Part shown: positions 58,263 through 64,000 of the stretch, piece by piece
Numbering within the stretch: the first letter of the stretch is position 1
Layout of the letters: every line of letters starts with the position of its first letter
Assembly: GCA_937960645.1 (NCBI GenBank)
Contig: CALGPJ010000009.1
Span: 68,522 to 132,521, forward strand
DNA: 64,000 nt
Origin: an uncultured Spirochaetia bacterium
GTDB taxonomy: Bacteria > Spirochaetota > Spirochaetia > JABEVK01
Direction of reading: 5' to 3'
Program-made: the position numbers and the translations under genes
The notes under the pieces: model-generated
Seen by the model: the letters and a program-made list of their open reading frames with translations, nothing else
What the model was told of the DNA's origin: nothing
Databases searched by the model: none

Positions 58263-59534
58263 TCAGGTGTCGAGCACCAAAAACCGGTTCGGAATGGCCA
58301 CGAATTCGGGACCCTCGAAATACTCTCGCTGGGCGATGGCCGAGCTCCAGCGGGAGGAGGCCAAAAGATCGCGCAGGTTTCCGCGAAGCGCAAAGTCCCG
58401 ATAGGCCTGCCGTGCTTGCCGGGGGCTCTCACTTCCCAGGGCAAAAGGGATGGATGCCGAGAAGTCTCCGCTGGCCTCGTCCAGCTGCCAATCGTCGAGG
58501 TGATAAATTTCCAAATAGGGGCTGACACGCAGCTCCTCTTTGGAAAGACTGCCTGGCCCCACACTGAAATTCACGGGATGACCGCTGACGGGCAGACCCA
58601 GAAAGTGGGCCTCCCGCTGGCTGGCGGTGAAAGCCCGGACCACACCATCCCGGACCAGTTCGGTATCCTTGAGCATCACCCCTTCCTCGTCGAACCAGCG
58701 AGAAAAGGGACTGTTGTAAAGTTTGACCAGGGGCTTCAGGGTGACGGTGTCGCCTGTTACTGTCGGGAAAAGGGGTTTTCCTACCTCCCATGTCGAATCT
58801 CCCGAGTAAAGCGCCGCCCCGTCGAGCTGGCGCAGCAGGTAAGAGAACACCAGGCCGGGCAGATTTCCTCCCAGGACCACCAGGGAAGGCATTTCCCTCT
58901 CCCAGCGGCGGGGCGTCCTCAGGGCCTGGCGCTCCTCCTCGAAACGCTGGGCTTTGAGCGTGATCCGCTCGGGCAAATACTCACCATGTCGAAAGCGCAA
59001 GGAGTGATTTTCGGATTGCGCTTCGATTTCGCACCAGTGCCCCACGTGTTCCATCTGCCGTCCGAGACTGTCGAGGTAGAGGGTTTCCAGCCCGATAGCG
59101 GCGAAGCGTGTTGCGATTTCCCGGTTTGCGCCGGCATAAAACGCCTCTGCCAAAGACGGCAGCCAATCGGCCAAATCGGGCTTTTTGGCCAGGGACGATT
59201 CCTGGGTCTGGCCTGGCCCCGATGGGCCACGGTGCATCGGGAACCAGGGCCAGGGTTCCTCCTCCTGAGCGGACAGGGCTTTCTGAATTTCCGCCTTGAT
59301 TTGATCGATGGTCAAATGTGCGCTCAATTCCAGGGTATGCTCTCGGGTCCACTTCCGACGACGGGCATGAAAATCCTGGAAAATTTTGAGCCGGCAAGTC
59401 CAGGTCTCCTGACGCTCAACTTCCCCGCCACTACCCTGAATCCAGGACCGGGCGGCCGTCACCTTCCGAAAGAAGAGCAATTTCCATTTGCCGAGGCCGA
59501 GTTCATCGAGAGCTTGGGTCCAAATTTTGATCAT
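58263..59534 (-). CDS. TldD/PmbA-family metalloprotease-related protein
   Basis: 423 aa; C-terminal region resembles TldD/PmbA (low sequence specificity). Confidence 0.5.
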   Translation of the reverse strand: MIKIWTQALDELGLGKWKLLFFRKVTAARSWIQGSGGEVERQETWTCRLKIFQDFHARRRKWTREHTLELSAHLTIDQIKAEIQKALSAQEEEPWPWFPMHRGPSGPGQTQESSLAKKPDLADWLPSLAEAFYAGANREIATRFAAIGLETLYLDSLGRQMEHVGHWCEIEAQSENHSLRFRHGEYLPERITLKAQRFEEERQALRTPRRWEREMPSLVVLGGNLPGLVFSYLLRQLDGAALYSGDSTWEVGKPLFPTVTGDTVTLKPLVKLYNSPFSRWFDEEGVMLKDTELVRDGVVRAFTASQREAHFLGLPVSGHPVNFSVGPGSLSKEELRVSPYLEIYHLDDWQLDEASGDFSASIPFALGSESPRQARQAYRDFALRGNLRDLLASSRWSSAIAQREYFEGPEFVAIPNRFLVLDT

Positions 59535-59568
59535 CGAATATATTTTAACCCAAAAACTTCAAAAGGTC

Positions 59569-59598
59569 TTGCAACACAAGAGCGGAGTTGGCTATAAT
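59569..59598 (+). promoter_or_regulatory. Sigma70-like promoter TTGCAA-N18-TATAAT upstream of micro-ORF
   Basis: cTTGCAAcacaagagcggagttggcTATAATct, followed 12 nt later by AAGGAGGTGAGG SD. Confidence 0.5.
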
Positions 59599-59624
59599 CT
59601 GCCGATATTGAAGGAGGTGAGGCT

Positions 59625-59714
59625 GTGCCCTGTGGAAGAAAGCGTAAACGCAAAAAAATTGCCACCCACAAGCGGAAGAAAAAGCTCCGCAAAAACCGTC
59701 ACAAGAAAAAGTAA
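59625..59714 (+). CDS. 29-aa highly basic peptide (MPCGRKRKRKKIATHKRKKKLRKNRHKKK), bTHX/AURKAIP1-COX24-like small ribosome-associated-type protein
   Basis: GTG start 4 nt after GGAGGTGAGG; open to TAA at 59712-59714; 21 of 29 residues K/R/H; below the ORF-track length cut-off. Confidence 0.45.
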   Translation: MPCGRKRKRKKIATHKRKKKLRKNRHKKK

Positions 59715-59715
59715 G

Positions 59716-60342
59716 ATCCACACTTTTCGGCGATTCTTTTCTTCAATACTGACAAGCATTTTATCACTGTTCACGATTACGATTCTGTCATTGGATGGGC
59801 AAGAGGTTCCTTCGACGAGCCTCTTTCCGCCCAACCATCCCGGATATTTTATGGGACGAATCCACTGGAAAGTCGGGGACCCCATCCGTATCAGTTTGGA
59901 TTCCAAAGTCAACCTGAGCATCAAGTCGATCCGGACAAGCCAGCGCAACGCCACACGGGAGCTGAGCGCCGAGGCCCAAACCTCCCCTCTCACCGCTTTG
60001 CCGCCGGCACGTACGAACAGTGACTTTCAGCTGGAAACCGGGATTCAGCGTCAGTTCCAGGGAAACTTGGTCGGGGTGGTGCAGGAAGTACTCCCCGATG
60101 GTAATCTGCGCGTGGCCGCCAGCCGCAAACTGGACTTGACCGGAAGCCTGGAGGAACTAGAAATCGAGGGGCTCGCCGCCCCTGTCCTGATCCAGGGCGG
60201 CAGGATTCACCTGCAAGACCTGGCCCAGTTGCGGCTGAAACTTCGTCTGCCGGCCCAGGGCAGACCCATGGAAGACCTTAGCCAGGAGCAGATCCTTCAA
60301 CGCTACTGGTCGCAATTCTGGGATTCGTTGAGCTCGCCGTAG
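59716..60342 (+). CDS. flgH: FlgH-like flagellar L-ring family protein (start codon unresolved)
   Basis: VGDPIRISL ... VVQEVLPDGNLRVAASRKLDLTGSLEELEIEGLAAPVLIQGGRIHLQDLAQLRLKL ... ILQRYWSQFWDSL parallels FlgH family blocks. Signal-like RRFFSSILTSILSLFTITIL has no in-frame ATG/GTG between 59488 and it; the frame opens directly after the micro-ORF stop. Confidence 0.45.
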   Translation: MHTFRRFFSSILTSILSLFTITILSLDGQEVPSTSLFPPNHPGYFMGRIHWKVGDPIRISLDSKVNLSIKSIRTSQRNATRELSAEAQTSPLTALPPARTNSDFQLETGIQRQFQGNLVGVVQEVLPDGNLRVAASRKLDLTGSLEELEIEGLAAPVLIQGGRIHLQDLAQLRLKLRLPAQGRPMEDLSQEQILQRYWSQFWDSLSSP

Positions 60343-60382
60343 TCCCCCAGACGTTCCCAATCCCCAACGCAGGAAAAAACGA

Positions 60383-60574
60383 CTAAAACCTCAGCAGATC
60401 GTGCTGGTCGCAGACCTTGTCTGCGCGCATTTTTTTGTGCCAGAGCGTGCAGTTGCCATCCTCGCGGATGTCGACCTTGAACATGTTCTGTTCTTTCATC
60501 ACCGTTCGATTTCCTTGCCACTGGCGGCAGGTGTAGCAGGCCTTCTTCGTAGCCGGGTGTAAGTCACGTGCCAT
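60383..60574 (-). CDS. Small Cys-containing protein (63 aa; C13, C16, C42, C55), hypothetical
   Basis: AAAGGAGATGTT-ATG SD/start; own promoter-like element upstream. Confidence 0.45.
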   Translation of the reverse strand: MARDLHPATKKACYTCRQWQGNRTVMKEQNMFKVDIREDGNCTLWHKKMRADKVCDQHDLLRF

Positions 60575-60612
60575 AACATCTCCTTTTTGACTTCACTTTA
60601 TTCATTATCGAC

Positions 60613-61983
60613 TTAAAATAGTGTGGAACCACAGTAAGTGTCAATGTATTTTTCAATGTCGAACTTTCTTTTGAGTCCGTTGTAATTCATGTAGCGAATG
60701 GTTCCGTAAACGCCGCGTTCGGTCCAGGGGCGGTCGTGCTTGCCGAAGCACCAGGCCACCCCGGCATAACCGTTGGGGTCTCGCCCGTCCAACTCGTACT
60801 TGTTGTTGAGATACAGGGCCCAGCTCCAGGCCAGCTCCGGGCTGGGGCTCCATTCCAAAAGTTTTTTTCCCCAGTACATGCGCATGTAGCCGTGCATTTT
60901 TCCGGTGCGCACCATTTCCAGCTGGCACGCATTCCACGCCGGATCGTGGGTCCGGGCCTCCTCCCACTCCGCCAGCGAGTAGACATATTCCCGGGGATCA
61001 TTTCGGTGCTGGTGGAGGGTCTTGAGACACCACTCGGGAAGGGCGTCGTAGCGATCGAAGGCGGGGTTGTACCAGACGAAGTTCATCGACAATTCCCGCC
61101 GGACCACGAGCTCTTCCACGAAGGCGGCCGCACCCTCCCCACCCCGCTCGAGGGCGGCCAAAGCCAATCGGCGGGCACTGATCTGACCAAAGTGGAGGTA
61201 GGGACTCATGCCGCTTTGAGCCCGGGCGTTGGGATCGTTGCGTTGGGTGTCGTAGTGGGCCAGGTGCCTCTCCCGCCATTCCTCGAAGCTGTTCCAGGCT
61301 GCGGTGTACCCACCGCGAAAGGCCGTGAGGCCAACGCTTCGATCCACCGCAAGGCTGTCGGTCAGTTCCGGTCCTGGCACCACCGGCTCGAATCCCTCCA
61401 GAAGCTCGGCGAAATCCCTCGAGTAAAATGGGGCCGCTGCCGGTGGTAAGGGGTCCTCGTCATGCAAAAAGATCGGCATGAGTTTTTCGAGAGCTGGCCG
61501 GAGGACGGCGGCCGAGTAGGCTTCCTTCGGATAGGCGGTAGCGACGGGCACCACCACATGCCCCTCGATCTCGGCAACCGGACAGGGTGCCTCTCGTACC
61601 AGCTCGGCCCGCCACGCCCGCTGCATGGGAAGGTAGCCCCGGTCGCAGACCACCAGCCGCGCCAGCTGCGCCAAACGGAGGATGCCCTGGGGCATGGGAG
61701 CCCGAATCATCACGAAACGGATGCCCCGAGACTCCAGCTCATGCTGCGTTTCAACGAGCCCTTCGATCATGAAGGCGAAGTGGCGCAGGTTGGCCTCGGG
61801 GTATTTCTCCCAGAGGTTGAAGCCGACCACCAGGGGGAGATGTTTCTCGTTGGCCTTTTCCAGGGCCCAGACCAGGGCGGGGTTGTCCTGCACCCGTTGG
61901 TCCACGTTCATCCAGTAGAGGACGTACTCGCCCCGGGCGTTGATGGGTTCTTTCTTCAACCAATGCAGACGGTTCTGGTGCAT
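60613..61983 (-). CDS. phr: Class II CPD deoxyribodipyrimidine photolyase
   Basis: VLYWMNVDQRVQDNPAL (class II N-terminal signature) and FAD-binding C-terminal domain. Confidence 0.8.
   Translation of the reverse strand: MHQNRLHWLKKEPINARGEYVLYWMNVDQRVQDNPALVWALEKANEKHLPLVVGFNLWEKYPEANLRHFAFMIEGLVETQHELESRGIRFVMIRAPMPQGILRLAQLARLVVCDRGYLPMQRAWRAELVREAPCPVAEIEGHVVVPVATAYPKEAYSAAVLRPALEKLMPIFLHDEDPLPPAAAPFYSRDFAELLEGFEPVVPGPELTDSLAVDRSVGLTAFRGGYTAAWNSFEEWRERHLAHYDTQRNDPNARAQSGMSPYLHFGQISARRLALAALERGGEGAAAFVEELVVRRELSMNFVWYNPAFDRYDALPEWCLKTLHQHRNDPREYVYSLAEWEEARTHDPAWNACQLEMVRTGKMHGYMRMYWGKKLLEWSPSPELAWSWALYLNNKYELDGRDPNGYAGVAWCFGKHDRPWTERGVYGTIRYMNYNGLKRKFDIEKYIDTYCGSTLF
60615..60644 (-). promoter_or_regulatory. 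Sigma70-like promoter TTGACA-N18-TATTTT for the small Cys protein
   Basis: Reverse complement cattTTGACActtactgtggttccacacTATTTTaag; -35 overlaps the photolyase stop region. Confidence 0.35.
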
Positions 61984-61987
61984 TTTA

Positions 61988-64000
61988 CTAGAACGACAGG
62001 TCGACGATCTGCGACCGCTCTGGATTGAAGAGCTTGATCAGCAGGGTGCGGTCGTTTTCGTACCAGGAGGTAGTTTGATCGCTTTCCACGACACCGGCGC
62101 TGTCTCCCTGAATCCGTATGGGGCGATCGTTCACGAGGACCCGGCTGGGTCGAAAGACCTGGTAGAGCCGAATCAACACGTACTCGGGGCTCTGGAAACG
62201 CACCGGGGCATTCAGGGCCTGCCACTCCAGTCGCATCTGGCGCTCGGCCGCCGAGTAGGTTGCCTGAACCTCCAGGTAGGCCCCCCTCTTGTAGGCCAGG
62301 GTCTGACCGTCGTCCCAGTAGAAGGTTGCCGATCCGCTACCCCCAGGATACACGCGGATGGTGTGCACGTTGCGTGGCCTCTCTCCCACCCATTGCATCG
62401 GCTCGCCGGTGATCACCAGGCCGCCGCCCCGGACAAAGAGGGGAAGTCGGTTGAGGGGGGCCTCCACCTCGTATTCCCGCCCACCCACGTATTCGGCGGA
62501 TGTGTACCAATCGAACCAGACCGTGTTAGCGGGGAAATACACCGTTCTCTTGCGCTGCCCCGCTTTGAGAACCGGGGCGGCCATGAGGTGGGGGCCAAGG
62601 AGAAGCTGATCCTCCACGCTGTAGGTTTTGGGGTCCCGGCCATGGTGCCAGAACAGGGGCCGCGCCACGGGAGCACCGGTCCGGGAGCTTTCCCGGAAAA
62701 GGGCATAAAACAGCGGCAGCAACCGGTAGCGCCACTCCATGACCTGCCGGCTGGCCGCGAGGGCGGCCTCACCAAAGTTCCAGGGTTCCTGCATCTCGGT
62801 GTCCTTGCCGGTGTGGTTTCGGTACAGCGGGAACAAGGCCCCCAGCTGCATCCACCGGGTGAAGAGCTCCGGATCCGGGGTGCCGACGTAGCCGCCCACG
62901 TCCGCCCCGTTGAACACCACCCCCGAAAGGCCCATGTTGAGGCCCATGGTCAGGTTGAGGGCCAGGTGGTCCCAGTTGGCGACGTTGTCCCCCGTCCACT
63001 GCGCGGCCCAGCGCTGTAAGCCCGCATAACCGGCGCGGCTGAGCAAGAACGGCCTGTCGTTTTGTTGCAGGGCACTCAACCCCTCGAAGGAGGCTCGGGC
63101 CATCATCGACCCGTAGGCGTTGTGGACCAGGGCATGCGGGCTGTTACGGCCAAAATCATCGAAAAAGGATTCGAAGGGCAGGGTTTTGATGGGGGTCTCG
63201 AAAGCGGCCGGTTCGTTCATGTCGTTCCAGAAACCGGCAAAGCCGAGATCGAGCAGGGGCCGGTACAAGCCACCCCACCATTGCCGGGCATCAGCCCGGG
63301 TGAAATCGGGGAAGATGCAGTTTCCGGGCCAGACAACGGCCTGGATGGGCCGCCCCTGAGCGTCCCGAACGTAAAAACCTTTCTGCTTCAGCTCCTCGTA
63401 CACGTGATAGCCGCCAGCCACCGCAATTCCGGGATCGAGGATGGTCACCACCTTGAAGCCCAGACGCCGAAGTTTTGCCAGGAGCCCCTTCATGTCTGGA
63501 AAGGCATCGGTGTTGATGGTGAAGCTGCGGTGGCGGTCCATCACGTCGATGTCGAGGTAAAGCACGTCCGAGGGCAGGCGGTTAGAGCGCAGCACCTCGG
63601 CGATGGCCATGAGCTCCTCGTGGTCGGTGTAGCTGTAGCGGCTCTGCTGGTAGCCCAGGCTCCAAAGCGGAGGAAGCTCGGTCCGGCCCGTCAAACGGGT
63701 GTAAGACTCGGCGACACCAGCCGGAGTTGCCGCCGGAATGAGGTACACATCGAGCTTGTTTCCCAAAGCCCCGACAGCCCAGGCTGGTCGATCCGCCGTG
63801 CCTAGAAAAAAGTAACTTTGCGCGGGATTGTCCAGAAAGACGCCGAGAGACCGCTGCGGTTGAACGCACAGAGCAAAAGGAATGGTGGAATAGATCGGGT
63901 CCGTTCCCCGCCGATACCCATAGGTGTCCGAGTTCCAAAAGTGGAAAGACTGCCCGTTGAGCCGCAGTCCCCAGGCCTTCATTCCCAGGCCGTACCAATG
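61988..64000 (-). CDS. Glycoside hydrolase family 31 (alpha-glucosidase/alpha-xylosidase); 5' end beyond window (partial)
   Basis: GH31 catalytic motifs GFWNDMNEP (nucleophile region), LSRAGYAGLQR, WTGDN. Frame stays open upstream of the listed Met through position 64000. Confidence 0.85.
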   Translation of the reverse strand, partial: HWYGLGMKAWGLRLNGQSFHFWNSDTYGYRRGTDPIYSTIPFALCVQPQRSLGVFLDNPAQSYFFLGTADRPAWAVGALGNKLDVYLIPAATPAGVAESYTRLTGRTELPPLWSLGYQQSRYSYTDHEELMAIAEVLRSNRLPSDVLYLDIDVMDRHRSFTINTDAFPDMKGLLAKLRRLGFKVVTILDPGIAVAGGYHVYEELKQKGFYVRDAQGRPIQAVVWPGNCIFPDFTRADARQWWGGLYRPLLDLGFAGFWNDMNEPAAFETPIKTLPFESFFDDFGRNSPHALVHNAYGSMMARASFEGLSALQQNDRPFLLSRAGYAGLQRWAAQWTGDNVANWDHLALNLTMGLNMGLSGVVFNGADVGGYVGTPDPELFTRWMQLGALFPLYRNHTGKDTEMQEPWNFGEAALAASRQVMEWRYRLLPLFYALFRESSRTGAPVARPLFWHHGRDPKTYSVEDQLLLGPHLMAAPVLKAGQRKRTVYFPANTVWFDWYTSAEYVGGREYEVEAPLNRLPLFVRGGGLVITGEPMQWVGERPRNVHTIRVYPGGSGSATFYWDDGQTLAYKRGAYLEVQATYSAAERQMRLEWQALNAPVRFQSPEYVLIRLYQVFRPSRVLVNDRPIRIQGDSAGVVESDQTTSWYENDRTLLIKLFNPERSQIVDLSF

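Noticed and set aside
55902-59597. 1231-aa plus-strand ORF
   Set aside because: Low-complexity, charge-rich translation running antisense across four well-supported minus-strand genes; a GC-rich antisense artefact.

Overview
Evidence and limits: all calls rest on reading the supplied six-frame translations, motif recognition from memory, and hand reverse-complementing of start regions. No database search was run, so family names and any exact coordinates not traced by hand are provisional.

What the window is: a 64-kb, gene-dense bacterial chromosomal segment of about 60% GC. About 60 protein genes are mostly tightly packed on the minus strand, often with 4-bp ATGA overlaps. No CRISPR array, rRNA, transposase or integrase is visible.

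Likely source organism: a saccharolytic spirochete. The supporting observations are a FlaA-type flagellar sheath gene with a textbook sigma70 promoter, a SPASM-domain protein of the kind I recall as spirochete-restricted ('spiro-SPASM'), several c-di-GMP turnover genes, and GH1/GH3/GH31 glycosidases with a GPH sugar symporter. GC content and gene content resemble Spirochaeta thermophila; this is an inference.

Housekeeping genes recognised: ECF sigma factor with anti-sigma factor, cysS (TTG start) divergent from murB, ackA, a DEAD-box helicase, tRNA-Met(CAU), a GH3 NagZ-like enzyme, a NUDIX hydrolase, nnr, secA, a DHQ-synthase-family protein, ppk1-ppx-ROK glucokinase, arsR-arsD-arsA, an MCP, an N-terminally extended speE, xseA/xseB, mazG, a TrmH-family methyltransferase, ppiC, a TldD-family protein, a class II photolyase, and a GH31 enzyme truncated at the window edge.

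Most interesting locus: a six-gene translationally coupled minus-strand operon at 42052-48709, ending just upstream of the flaA promoter. It encodes a SPASM protein that lacks the CxxxCxxC radical-SAM triad, a hypothetical protein, an SpsF/PseF-like cytidylyltransferase, a PseG-like hydrolase fused to a Zn-ribbon SAM methyltransferase, an ATP-grasp ligase and a small membrane protein. No NeuB/PseI synthase or PseB/PseC is present in the window. I read this as a non-canonical CMP-sugar or nonulosonic-acid-like modification system, possibly acting on periplasmic-flagellum proteins.

Other notable items: a 29-aa K/R-rich micro-ORF with its own promoter and Shine-Dalgarno sequence immediately upstream of a FlgH-like gene that has no canonical start codon; an arsRDA operon without a pump and with a perfect 9-6-9 palindromic operator; a ppk1-ppx-ROK kinase operon that may encode a polyphosphate glucokinase; and a FemAB-family gene.
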